Shown: in pieces, positions 1 through 12,369 of the stretch
Numbering within the stretch: the stretch's first letter is position 1
Layout: every line of letters starts with the position of its first letter
Origin: Mobula hypostoma
Lineage: Eukaryota
Assembly: GCF_963921235.1 (NCBI RefSeq)
Contig: NC_086108.1
Span: forward strand, 74,030,001 to 74,094,000
Reading direction: 5' to 3'
DNA length: 64,000 nt
The notes under the pieces: model-generated
What the model was told of the DNA's origin: nothing
What the model saw: the letters and a program-made list of their open reading frames with translations, nothing else
Database searches by the model: none
Position numbers and translations under genes: made by a program

Positions 1-63
1 GAGGGTCGGCACAACATTGTGGGCCGAAGGGCCTGTAATGTGCTGTACTATTCTATGTTCTAT
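1..63 (+). mobile_element. 3' terminus of a young CR1 LINE
   Basis: ggcacaacattgtgggccgaagggcctg...ttctatgttctat tail, nearly identical to the 3' ends at about 30000, 37965(-), 53080 and 60470. Confidence 0.8.
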
Positions 64-366
64 TTTGCATTTTGAGTAAAATACACAAGATTCAATGTCA
101 GTGTATCCATTAACGCTATCAGTTCTCAGAGTGCTTCAAATTACAACTCATATGCAACTAAAATGCATTTGCTTAAAAAGTGCTACTTAGCCTGATTTAA
201 AAGACAACAAAGCAATAATCTTAGTTTTTAAGGAATTCTTAAATATTCACTTTTTAGTGATTCTGTATTATGCAATTAAATGGATTTTTTCCCTCCACCT
301 AAATTATTCATGTAAATAAAACTTTCCAGTTAAATATGACTGTTAAACTGACACTCCAATATATTT

Positions 367-567
367 AAAAACGCAAACAACAGGAATTCTGCAGATGCTG
401 GAAATTCAAGCAACACACATAAAAGTTGCTGGTGAAAGTAGCAGGCCAGGCAGCATCTCTAGGAAGAGGTACAGTCGATGAAGGGTCTCGGCCTGAAACA
501 TCGACTGTACCTCTTCCTAGAGATGCTGCCTGGCCTGCTGCGTTCACCAGCAACTTTTATGTGTGTT
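367..567. mobile_element. Palindromic Penelope-like terminal-repeat insertion with 14-bp TSD
   Basis: Inverted arms about 411-479 and 499-567. TSD actccaatatattt at 353-366 and 568-581. Sequence matches the terminus of the GIY-YIG element at 47057-48052. Confidence 0.85.
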
Positions 568-1495
568 ACTCCAATATATTTGTCATGTATCTTTTCTGCC
601 AGCATGCAATGAAAGTGCAGCGAGATTGAAGTTAGCACTTGAACAACAGGCATCAAATCAGTTTCATTTAATTGTACTTATTGGAATACATCCATATTTA
701 TCCTCTTTAATTGTATATAGTTCTTGTGCAGACACAGTCTGAAAAATGTTTATCAAATATTTTCACTGATTTGCATGCACAATTCAATTCCTTTAATTCA
801 AAATCACACCCTCTCAGCCACCCACCTTTCCACATGTTCCATTTTCTCTTTTCTACTTCTCTGTTAGCCCCAAGCTGATCAGGCACAAAAATGTCAGCTA
901 GCAACAAAAAAAAATAACATTTTGTCACAGGCACTGGATTTTCCTGCTTTCACATGCTTGCAACAACAGGACATAATATAATGAAAATACTTATCAACTT
1001 TCAGAAATTATTCTTTTCTAAATAGTTACTTTTGCATTAAAACCTCACTAAATCAGCCTCTGATCAAGAGAATGCAAAATGCACAGACTTCTGACATAAA
1101 TTAGTAGACCAACCCCTCCTGTCTTAAGATGAAGCAAGAATGGCTTGCAATTTGAAATTTACCTAAAATTGCTTCTCAATTATTATAGTATTAATTGAAT
1201 ATACAAGTAGCTGCAGCCATGCTTGTGTTAGTTTTCTGGGTGTGGTCTCACTGGGTATTATTTTGGCCTTATTTAAGGAGGGTTATACTTGAGTTGGAAG
1301 TAGTTCAGAGAAAGTTGACTAGTTTTGCTGAGATGAAAGGATTTAGCAGGTTAAATCCATACCCAAATTAAGTTTAAAGAGTGAAGAGGGGAAGCTGGTT
1401 TCCATAATGTGCTCTGCTATATCCACAACTCTCTGCAGTTACTTGCAGTCATACACAGATCAGTTGCCTTACCAAGCCATGAGGCATTCATACAG

Positions 1496-1716
1496 CAAAC
1501 AGAAGAAAATCTACAGATGCTGGAAATCCAAGCAGCACACACAAAATGCTGAAGGAATTCAGCCAGCTAGGCAGCATCTATGGAAATGAACACAGTCGAC
1601 ATTTCAGGCCAAGACCCTTCAGCGGGACTCATCTTTCTTTCACCAGTCCTGCTGAAGGGTCTCAGCCCGAAACGTCGGCTGTCCTCTTTTCCATAGATAC
1701 TGCCTGGCCTGCTGAG
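1496..1716. mobile_element. Palindromic Penelope-like terminal-repeat fragment (older subfamily)
   Basis: Inverted arms (ctaggcagcatctatggaaa / tttccatagatactgcctgg) around two opposed hammerhead-like cores. Confidence 0.75.
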
Positions 1717-2644
1717 ATGCTTTCTATCATGCGCCCATAAAAACTGCTAAGAATCAACGGGGACATTCATTAGACTCCTGAGAAAGTAAGGGCTCTGGAA
1801 TCAGTACCGAGGACTCGTGGGACTAACTCCTTCCGGCTTGCACACTGATATCACCCCCCTTCAAGTGGATCCATCCTCCTGGAGAAATAAGACATACATA
1901 GGGATTGTTTTAGAATGGCCTAGCTCATTTTACATTGCTCTATCTCAATGCAGTGCAGAGTCATGGAGACACAGGAAAGTACAGCAGAGAAACAGACCCT
2001 TCAGTCCAAATAGTCTGTGCCAAACCATTTAAACTGCCTAGTGCCATCGACTTGCATTCGTATTATCAGATGTAATTATCAGAGCTGTGTGAATAGTATG
2101 CAAGACAAGCATTTCAGTCTCAGTACATGTGCCAATAATAAACCAATTCCAATTTTTGTTGTGATCATTCTGTGAGTATGATTATATCTGCCTATTGATA
2201 GACGAGTGGAACAGTTCTTCCAGTTTAGTCAGCAGTCCACAGATATTCACAAACAGGCTCTAGAAGGTCAATCTGACTAAATAACTTAGTCATGTACAAT
2301 ATCCAAAGCTTCTATCAATGCCAAGTGATTCACTTAATTTTATTATTTTTCTGCTTTAATGCAGTGGTTCTGGCAAAGTTGATTGTCTTGCAAGGCCACA
2401 TCAGAATGATTCAACAACATTGCTGAGGGTCACGTGTTGGCCAAACCAAGGATGGAGGACTTACTTCCCTTAAGTACATTAGGGAATCAGTTGGCTCTGT
2501 ACAACAACATAGTAGTTTTGTTGTCATTATAATCAATTTTCATTAAAGGCAGGGATAGTTTTTCTTTTGTTAGGAGAGTCTAAGATTAGAGGAAACAGCC
2601 AGCAAAATAAAATGAGTCCATTGGCAATACTAGATTATAGAGTA

Positions 2645-4221
2645 CAGTTGTCCCCCGCTTTTCGAATGTTCGCTTTACAAAACCTCACTGTTACGAAGGA
2701 CCTACATTAGTTACCTGTTTTCGCTAACAGAAGCTATTTTCACTGTTACGAAAAAAGGCAGCCGCTCTCCCGCGGATTCGGAACAGGATTCTCGCCAGCA
2801 TTGCTTAAACACATGCCTGTGAGCAGCCGTTAGCAAGATGAGTTCTAAGGTATCGGAAAAGCCTGAAAGAGCTCGTAAGGGTGTTACACTTAGCGTAAAA
2901 CTAGACATAATTAAGCATTTTGATCGTGGTCAACGAAGTAAGGACAAAGTGAGGTTGACTTGTGGAAGTTGACGAAGATGTTGAAGAGGTCTGGCATCCC
3001 ATGACCAAGAACTGATAAATAAAGAGCTGATGCAATTGGAAGAATAACAATTGAAACCGAATGCAGTAGCGAAAGTGAAGTCATCCAGGACCGGAACATG
3101 AAGCAACTGCGTGAGATTTTTGCTGCAATGATAAAGTACGACTTTAATTTTGAAAGGGTACGTCGGTTTAGGGCATATTTGCAGGATGGTTTGAGTCCTT
3201 ACAAAGAACTGTATGATCTAAAAATGCGCGAGGCTAAGCAGTCAAGCAAGCCTTCCACATCAGCCACAGCAAACGACGAACCTCGACCTTCGACATCGAG
3301 GCAGGCAGACATAGAAGAAGATGACCTGCCTGCCCTGATCAACGATGAGGTGATACCCCAGAGTCCCACTACCCTAACCCCCGGGCCCCAGATAGATACC
3401 AATTCGCGGAGAATGCAGCAGTAGCCAGGATGCACCCGTAGCCGGGATGCATCCAGCACATCTTTAAGAAAAAAGCCGAAACAAACATGCTAATTAATTA
3501 GGTGCCACCCAGCACGTAAATGTCAGCCCAGATCAGAGGTGATTGCCGATTGCGTCACCTCTGATCTGGGCCGACGTTTACGTGCCAGGCGGCACCTAAT
3601 TAATTAGCTTGCTTGTTTTGGCTTTTTTCTTAAAGATGTGCTGGGTGCGTCCCGGCTAACGCTGTACCCCTGCATGCTTCGCGGATCAGTATCGGTTCGC
3701 TGCCCGGAGGGTGGGGGCCACTGCACCACCCCGACCTCCGACGACTCAGCCTAACACACCATCATCAGTGTGCTCGATGTCTTCCCGATTCCAGTGAGTG
3801 ATACTACACTGTACATACATTATTTCTTCTTTATATAGGCTATGCATTTTTAGGTGTTATTTGGTATGATTTGGCAGCTCATACCTTGAAGGTTACTGGA
3901 CAGCGCTTGCGCCGTGCTTTTGCCGATGGCGCTTGCGTGAGATTTTCGCTACGGAGAACAGTGCAGGCAATGATTGTGGAAAAGTATTTCTACTTTATAT
4001 AGGCTGTGTATTTATCATATCATCCCTGCTTTTACTATATGTTACTGTTATTTTAGGTTTTATGTTTATTTGGCATGATTTGGTAAGTTATTTTTGGGTC
4101 TGCGAACGCTCACAAATTTTTCCCATGTAAATTAATGGTAATTGTGTCTTCGCTTTACGACATTCCGGCTTACGAACTGTTTCATAGGAACGCTCTACCT
4201 TCGGATGGCAGCGGAAACCTG
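2645..4221 (+). mobile_element. Internally deleted Tigger/pogo-type DNA transposon
   Basis: TA|cagttgtcccccgc...gcggaaacctg|TA imperfect TIRs. N-terminal HTH-like remnant from 2838 (MSSKVSEKPERARKGVTLSVKLDIIKHFDRG) and C-terminal remnant in ORF 3098-3424. DDE core absent. Confidence 0.75.
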
Positions 4222-4489
4222 TACTGGTGTCCCTGTTTAAGGAAGGATGTCAACATTTGGACCTAAAATAGAATAAAGCAACTGAAAACTCAATTTCAAC
4301 AATTTGCAAACATTTAATTGGCATACTTTCCACTGTACATCTGTCAAAGCTTTAGATGATATGCTGAATTTACACAAATTATGAGAAAGTGGAAGCACTG
4401 CTATGCCTTCTTTGCGAAGGCTCCTACATGTTGGTCCCAGGACAGGGGCCTAGTATAGAAACACTCATGCGTAGGAACAGAAAAGACTA

Positions 4490-4897
4490 TAGAGTGTGAA
4501 TACAGCCCTGTCATCATATGTGATGCCCTCCCCACCAATGTGTACATTTATATGGTGTGCTGCAACAAGAAAGCATCATCATCAAAGACCCCCATCATCC
4601 AGCCATACTCTCTTCTCACTATCACCATCGGATAGTAGGCACAGAAGTCTTAGATCACACCCTACCAGGTTCACAATTGTTATTACCCTGCAACCATCGG
4701 GCTCCTGAACCAGCGCAGATAACTTTATTCACTGCTACTCTGAACAGATTCTACAATCTACAGACTCATTTTGTCTCCTTACAACTCATTCTCAGTATTA
4801 TTTTTATTTACACAGTTTGTCTTCTTTTTGCATATTGCACAATGCTGATGATGCTTGTCTCAGCTTTTCCATAAAATCCTATTTTCTCCCCCCTGTA
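4490..4897 (+). mobile_element. Rex1/Babar-type LINE 3' fragment; its tail resumes at 6452-6530 after the Tc1 insertion
   Basis: Decayed IIKDPHHP..LFSLLPSG.RYRS-type C-terminus, with the tail aatctcaaggtaatatatggt also seen in other copies. Confidence 0.6.
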
Positions 4898-6451
4898 CAG
4901 TGGAGCTAGAAAGTTTGTGAACACTGTAGAATTTTCTTTATTTCTGCATAAATACGATCTAAAATGTGATCAGATCTTCTTTCAAGTCCTAAAACTAGAT
5001 AAAGAGAACCCAATTAAATAAAGCAAAAAGTTATTCTTGTTCATTTATTTATTGAAAAAATTATCTAATATTACATCTATTTGTTGGAAAAAAAATGTGA
5101 ACCTCTGGGGTAATGTCTTCTAGAAAAGCTATTTGGGGTCGGGTGTTCCAATCAATGAGATGAAATTTTCTGGTGTGGGTTGTAAAGGTGCCCTGCCCTT
5201 TCAGAAAGACACACAAAGCCAGGTTACTTATCTTGCACTGTCAAGAAAGACCTGCTTCTGTGCACCGTGCCTCAATCAAAACAACTTACAGAGGCCCAAG
5301 AATTGTAGAGATGCATGAAGCTGGAAAAGGCTACTAAAGTATTTCTAAAGACTGAGTGTTCATCAGTCAACAGATAGAGAAATTTTCTACTAATTGAGGA
5401 AACTTAGTACTGTTGCTACTCTCCCTCGGAGTGGGTATCCTGCAAAGATCACACTAACGCACAATATGCAATACCGAAGGAGGTGAAAAAGAACCCAAGG
5501 GTAACATCAAAAGACCTACAGAAATCTCTAGAACTTGCTAAAGTCTCTGTTCAGGTGTCCACTATAAGAAAAACACTAAACAACAAGGACACCATGGAGG
5601 AAACCACCGCTCTCCAAAAAAAAAATTTGCTGCATGTCTCAAATTTGCAGAAGACCACCTGGATGTTCTACAATGCTTCTGGGACAATGTTCTGTGGACG
5701 GATGAGACAAAAATTGAACTTCTTGGCAGAAATACACATTGTTATGTATGGAGGGAAAAGGGCACTGCACACCAACACCAAAACCTCATCCCAACTGTGA
5801 AGCATGGTAGAAGAAGCATCATGGTTTGGGGCTGTTTTGCTGCCTCAGGACCCAGACAGCTTGCAATCGTTGAAGGAAAAGTTGAATTTAAAATTGTAAC
5901 AACACAATTTACAGGAGAATTGTAAGGTCGCAATCCGTCAACTGAAACTGAATAGAAGTTGGATAAAGACAAGAGTAAATCGACAACAGAATGGTTTAAA
6001 ATGAAGAAAATTCCTGCTTTGGAATGGCAAGTCTAAGTCCTGACCTTAATCCTACAGAAATGTTGTAGAAGGAAGTTCAAGCAAGGAAGTTCACCATCAT
6101 CCCAGAGTTAAAGCAGTTTTGTAAGGAGGAATGGCCTAAAATTCCTCCAAGCTAATGTGTAGGACTGATCAAGTTACCAGAAACATTTGGTTGAAGTTAT
6201 TGCTGTACAAGGGGGTCACACCAGTTACTGAAAGCAAAGGTTCACACACCTTTTCCAACAAGTACATGTAATATTGAATCATTTTTCTAAATAAATAAAC
6301 TAACAAGTTTAATGTTTTTTGTGTTATTCATTTAATTGGGTTCTCTTTATCTAGCTTTAGGACTTACATGAAAATCTGATCACATTTTAGGTCATATTTA
6401 TACAGAAATAGAGAAAATTCTACAGGGTTCACAAACTTTCTAGCACCACAG
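4898..6451 (+). mobile_element. Full-length decayed Tc1/mariner transposon
   Basis: TA-flanked long TIRs (cagtggagctagaaagtttgtgaac / gttcacaaactttctagcaccacag). Frameshifted transposase with remnants KKNPRVTSKDLQ, WTDETK, KHG..SIMVWGCF. Confidence 0.9.
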
Positions 6452-6594
6452 TAAATGTCTGCAAGAAAATTAATCTCAAGGTAATATATGGTAACATATA
6501 CATACATTGATAAGAAATTTTAAATACTTAATTTGCATACCTTTCATGTTCAAAGTAAATATATTATGCAAGTACATATACTGTATGTCAGTTT

Positions 6595-7180
6595 CCTGAA
6601 GGTTGTTGTAGCTAGGGGTGGTAATTGGGATAAGCTCCAACTATCTATTAAATGCTCCCAACGTCCTGTGTCTCAAATAGCCTCTGACAACCAAGTGTAG
6701 CTCCTGGCCTTCATGTATGGCTTAGTTACTAAGTCCAACAGAACTGTTTCTACTGACAGGAGAAGGGGCAAAGGCAGGTTACTGGCATCTTAAAACTTGT
6801 CAGTTCGAGCAGATAGGGTTCATCAGCCATGGTTGACAGCTCATCGAAGAAAAGGGAAACTCTGAATCTCAAACCTCAGCTGTCTTTCAGCAAAACCCAC
6901 TGACAGGAAGGCATTAGGAGCAAACCCAGAGGAAAAATCCGGAGCTGGAGTCCCAAAGGTAATCTGAGGTTGAATTTAACGCTGACTGACAACCCTTGCA
7001 ACGCCGCTGGTGCCAAACTCTATTTGTCTCCGCCGTACCCATGGTTACATCAGCTGCATGGAGAGGGTGAGCCTGCTACAAAATTTTAAAAAATAGCCTG
7101 CTCTCCATATCATACTGCCCTGGCTTGCTTGTCACATAGACAGCTGGGAAACAACATCCATGGTCGACCCCCGAGGGCCT
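6595..7180 (+). repeat. Unclassified interspersed repeat, resembles an RTE-clade LINE 5' UTR
   Basis: GC-richer non-coding block that shares motifs (ctggtgccaa, atggagagggg/t, ctccata) with the body of the SINE at 11028-11323. Family assignment is from recollection only. Confidence 0.35.
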
Positions 7181-7329
7181 CAACCTCAACATGTACAACC
7201 TGAGGTTAACTTTCTTGTGGGCATTCATAATAAGTACAAAGAAAAACAAAAGAATCACTGACAAACCACTCCCAAGCCAGATAACAAACTGTGCAAACAC
7301 AAAGAGAAATAAATAAATAAATAAATAGC

Positions 7330-8748
7330 CAACGTTCTTCCACTGTTTAAAAAAAGGCTCTGAACATAAACCAGGAATTTATAGGCCAGCAAGTAGTCAG
7401 TTGTGGGAAAGTTACTGGAAGGTATTTTGAGGGACTGGATATACAAGTATTTAGATAGACATGGGCTAATTTAAGGATAGTCAGCATGGCTTCATGCGTA
7501 ATAGGTCATGTCCAACCCAACTTATAGAGTTTTTCAAGGAAGTTACCAGGAAAGTGGATGAAGACAAGGCAGTTGATTTTGTCTATACAAGACTTCAACA
7601 AGGACTTTGAGAAGGTTCCACATGGGAGGTTGATCAAGAAGATTCACTCTGCATTCAGAATGAGGTGATAAATTGGATTAGGCATTGACTTCTCCCACAA
7701 AGCCAGAGAGTGGTAGTAGATGGATGCCTGTCTGACTGGAGGCCTGTGACTAGTGGTGTGCCACAGGGATTAGTACTGGGTCCTTTGTTGTTCGGCATCT
7801 ATATCAATGATCTGGATGATGATACAGTTAACTGGATCTGCAAATTTGCAGAAGACACCAAGATTGGGAACAGCAAGGAAGGCTATCATGGCTTGTGTGG
7901 GATCTAGACCCCAGCAGGAAAAAGTGGGCTGAAAAATGACAAATGGAATTTAATGAAGACAAATGCAAAGTCTTGCACTTTGGTAGGATAAACTAGGGTA
8001 GGTCTTACATAGTCAACGGTAGGACACTGAGGAGTGCACTAGAGCAAAGGGATCTGGGAACACAGGTCCATAATTCATTGGGTAGATAGGGTCGTAAAGA
8101 AAGCTTTTAGCACATTACCCTTCATAAATCAATGTATAGAGTAAAGGAGATGGGATGTTATGTTTTAGTTGTACAAGACATTGATGAGGCCTAACTTGGA
8201 GTACTGTCAGCAGTTTTGATCACCTACCTACAAGAAAAATGTAAACAAGGTTGAAAGAGTACAGAGAAAATTTACAAGGATATTGCCGGGTCTGTAGGAC
8301 CTGAGTTATAAGGAAAGATTGAACAGGTTAGGACTGTATTCTTTAGAGCATAGAAGATTGAGAGGAGATATGGTAGAGGTATACAAAATTATGAGTGGTA
8401 TAGATAGGCTAAATGCAAGCAGGCTTTTTTCACTGAAATTGGCTGGGACTACAACCAGAGGTCATTGGTTAATAGTGAAAAGGTGAAAAGTTTAACGGAA
8501 ACATGAGGGGAAATTTCTTCACTCAGAGGGTCTTGAGAGTGTGGAATGAGCTGCCAGCACAAATATAAGTGTCAAGTAAACTCAGTTTCAACACTTAAGA
8601 GCAGTTTGGATAGGTACATGGTTAGCAGGGATATGGAGGGCTATGGTCCTGGAGCATGTTGATGGGAGCAGACAGTTTAAAGAGTTTTGGCATTCACTAG
8701 ATGGCGTGAATTGTCTTTTCTATGGTGTACTTCTCTATGATTCTGACT
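7330..8748 (+). mobile_element. 5'-truncated decayed CR1 LINE (RT to 3' tail)
   Basis: ORF 7710-7907 [22 protein letters not shown]...KFAEDTK; CR1-type 3' end. Confidence 0.9.
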
Positions 8749-8749
8749 A

Positions 8750-10120
8750 CTAATAAATAAAGAAGCAATAAATAAATAAATAGAGAAGATGAAAAGTCTT
8801 TGAAAGTGAGTTCATAAATTGTGGGAACAGTTCAGTGATGAGGCAAATGAAGCTTAGTGAGGTTATTCGCTCTGGTTCAAGAGCCTGATGGTTGAAGTGA
8901 AATAACTGTTCCTGAGCCTGGCAGTGTGGGTCCTGAGGCTCCTGTAACTTCTTCCTGACAGCAGCAGCTAGAAAAGAGCATGGTCTGGATAGTGGGAGTC
9001 GCTGATGATGGATGCCACTTTCCTGCAATAGCGCTCCTTATAGGTGTGCTCAATTGGTGGGGGACAGGTGGTTACCCATGATGGACTGTACTGTATTCCT
9101 ACTTTTTGTTGCCTGTTCCATCCAAAGGCACTGTTGTTTCCATACCAGGCTGTGTTCCTACCAGTCAGTACACTCTCCAACACTGATTTATAGAAGTTTA
9201 TCAAAGTTTTAGGTGACATGTCGAATCTTCAAAAACTTTTAATAATTCTCAGAAACTTCTGGCACTGAGGAACTTAGATTTACTGACTCCCTCCACCTCC
9301 GATCCCTTGATGAGGACTGATTATTGGACCTCAGGTTTCCTCCTCCTGTAGGAAATAATCAGCTCCTTGGCTTTGCTGATGTGTGAGAGATTGTTGTTGT
9401 GGCACCATTCTAACAGATTTTCAATCTCCCTCCTATATGCTGAATCGTCACTACCTTTGATTTGGGCTTGAATGCTATCCAGTTGTGCAAGGAGGTATTG
9501 AAGCCTAGGTTTTGGAGCTTATTGATTAGTTTTGAGGGGATGATAGTATTGAATGCAGAGCTGTTGTCAATGAAGAACATCCTGATGTATGCATCTTCAC
9601 TGTCATCATGTCCCGGGGTTGAGTAAAGTGCCAATGAAATGGTATCTGATGTTGAGCTGTTGTGACGGTAGGAAAATTGGAGCAGATAGAAGTCACTCCT
9701 CAGGCAATTGATCTGTTTCATCATCAACTTCTCAAAGCACTTCATTACAGTGGATACAAGTGCTACTGGATGATAGTCATTGAGGCAAGTTACCATATTC
9801 TTCTTGGGCAATGGTATAATTGTAGTCTGCTTGAAGCAGTGGGTACCTCAGATTGCCTAAGAGAGAAGTTAAAGATATCAGAAAATACTCCAGCCAGTTG
9901 ATTAGCACAGGTCTTCGTACTCAGCCAGGTACACTGTCTGGGCCATGTGCTTTCCCTGGGTTCACCCTCCTGAAGGATGCTCCAACATCGGCCTCAGAGA
10001 CTGAAATCACAGGGTCGTTGGGGGCTGTGGAAGTTCATGAAGGTCCCTCCATGTTTTGTCAGTCAAAGTGAGCATTAAAGCCACTGAGCTCAACCGGGAG
10101 TGAAACCTTGTTGTCGTGAC
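8750..10120 (-). mobile_element. Decayed Rex1/Babar-type LINE
   Basis: ORF 9410-9811 LNDYHPVALVSTVMKCFEKL...[16 protein letters not shown] and ORF 8968-9219. Confidence 0.85.
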
Positions 10121-11027
10121 AAATGATCATATCAGAGGAAGATTGAAAATCTGGCAGAATGGTGCCTCAACAATAACTTCTCATTCAACGTCAGCATTCA
10201 AAATCAGCATCTGCAGAACATCTTGTGTGGCTTGGGATTCTACTCCACTGAATAACTTTAATAATTAATCCAAGCTGAAAAATAAAACCCAACCAAAGTC
10301 ATTAATCAAACTCTTGACAGACATAATGTTCCATTAGACAGCAAAAAAAAAAATTGGTTTTCAGTAAGAACAGTCAGCAAGGACCAAATAATACAAAAAG
10401 GGAGAAATATTCCATGGCAATACTGGCCTTTAATTAGTTTATCTATAATCATTACACTTAAGTTTTCACAAACTCGTCCAATAGATAATGACTTAAGTCT
10501 TTAGTTCGCTTTTAAAAGGTATGACAGAAGCCATTCCTGCCACAAATTGTGTTGGTATCCAGAGATGGATACATTGAATCCTGTATCTCTGTCACCAGTC
10601 TGCCAGAAAAAAAGTAATAAGTTTCAGAATCCAATCTGCAGAAAAGGCAATAAAACCACATTAGGAATTGATGTACTTGTATCCAAAACTTCAACTGACA
10701 AGCCTTATTTTCTCAGATTCTTTTCTTTGACAGTGCCTCAGAGTCAAGAATATCCTGATTCTGCTCTAGTTTTGTGGTTTTGATGTAGCCAATGAGGTCA
10801 GTGTTATCTCGAAGGAGATACTTGATGTAGAAGGCAGAAAGTGTACTTCTTTGGCCATTTATGCTGAGCTATTTTGTCCTGATAAATAAATTCAAAATTC
10901 TCAAAACCATCTAAAATGTTCCCTTTGAGATTAGGCATTCCCATGATCAATGGGGACTTTTTTTTCCTAGAACGTTTTGAAAACATCCATTAGTATCATA
11001 TTAACCTGGTAATCTCTTCTTCAGACA

Positions 11028-11323
11028 CGTGGGGACATGGCCAAGTGGTTAAGGCATTGGACTAGCGACCTGAAGGTCGTGAGTTCAAGCCCCAGCCGAG
11101 GCAACTTGAACAAGGCACTTAATCACACGTTGCTCTGCGACGACACTGGTGCCAAGCTGTATGAGCCCTAATGCCCTTCCCTTGGACAACATCGGTGGCA
11201 TGGAGAGGGGAGACTTGCAGCATGGGCAACTGCTGGTCTTCCATACAACCTTGCCCAGGCCTGTGCCCTGGGAGTGAAGACTTTCCAGGCGCAGATCCAT
11301 GGTCTCGCAAGACTAACGGATGC
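11028..11323 (+). mobile_element. Full-length tRNA-derived SINE with 14-bp TSD
   Basis: A box TGGCCAAGTGG, B box GAGTTCAAGCC; TSD ctcttcttcagaca at 11014-11027 and 11324-11337. Confidence 0.85.
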
Positions 11324-12369
11324 CTCTTCTTCAGACAGAATTTGCATGACAGTGCCTGTTTTAGGAGTCTGCGTGTTCAGGCATACGAACAATGCTGTCT
11401 GACAGGAAGAGGTGAGTGAGTGTAATTCACACCTCTGTACTAGGGGAAAAAATGCTACGTAGCTCAACTATTCCTGCCACCCAGCCAGTGAGTTTTCTGA
11501 ATTAACACAGACCGGGCCTGTGGTAGCTTGCCAGTGCTCTGATGGCCTGTAGTAAATCATCTCAGGAGGAAAGGATTATTTCTGTCTAGTTGACCAAAAC
11601 TTTTGTAGCTGGATTAAACAGTTGATCAACAAACTCTCTTCTTTAGATGTCCCAAAGGATGAGTTGCTACATTGTGCCCATCATCAAAGAGAGGTAGCAC
11701 CCAAAATAAGGAAGGTAGCTCATATTTTGCAGAGCCCTGAATGGATCTTATTATTAGAGAACAGTGTTTTACGGTCGGTGCAGGTTGAAAGAGGCTTCTT
11801 TTGTAGAATTCTTAGTCTGATTCTCCTGCATGCTTTAGTGAACAATGACAATGTCAATAATTCTGAACTTGGCCTGGAAACCAAATGCATGTATAGGTGT
11901 CAGCTGCCCAATGCATTTCAATGTAAATGATGGATTTAGTTTTGGAATTTCCAATTCATCCTGTAAATTAGCTGAGACCTGCTCCAAGAATTACAAAATG
12001 GATTTAGTCCATATGGCTGTGCAAGGGCACAACATTCTCATTTGTGTTTTGACCCTATAGTAGCTCTTAACTCCATCAATCAAGGGGACTAAAGTACTTT
12101 GTATGCAAACTTCACTGCTGGCTGTGTTTATGCCCAAAGCATTACGCCATGCAAACCTCAACCTTATTCAATAACTCCACAGATGATCCACCCTCAGCTC
12201 AAATGACATCAAGGAAAGCTGTTATGCCTTCCCAATATTTTCTCAATCTATCAATGCTGTACTTTCCCTCAGACCAACATTTATAAAAGGGGCGAGAAGG
12301 AGGAAAGGAGGCAGGTAACTTATAGCATACTAAATAAGCTATGTCATCATGCTAAAGTAAGAACTACAG

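Noticed and set aside
826..897. Exon-like minus segment DIFVPDQLGANREVEKRKWNMWK
   Set aside because: Does not match the expected next MAST exon (KELSLPRRG); no other support
11028..11100. tRNA-like sequence
   Set aside because: It is the head of a TSD-flanked SINE; no proper acceptor stem or terminator
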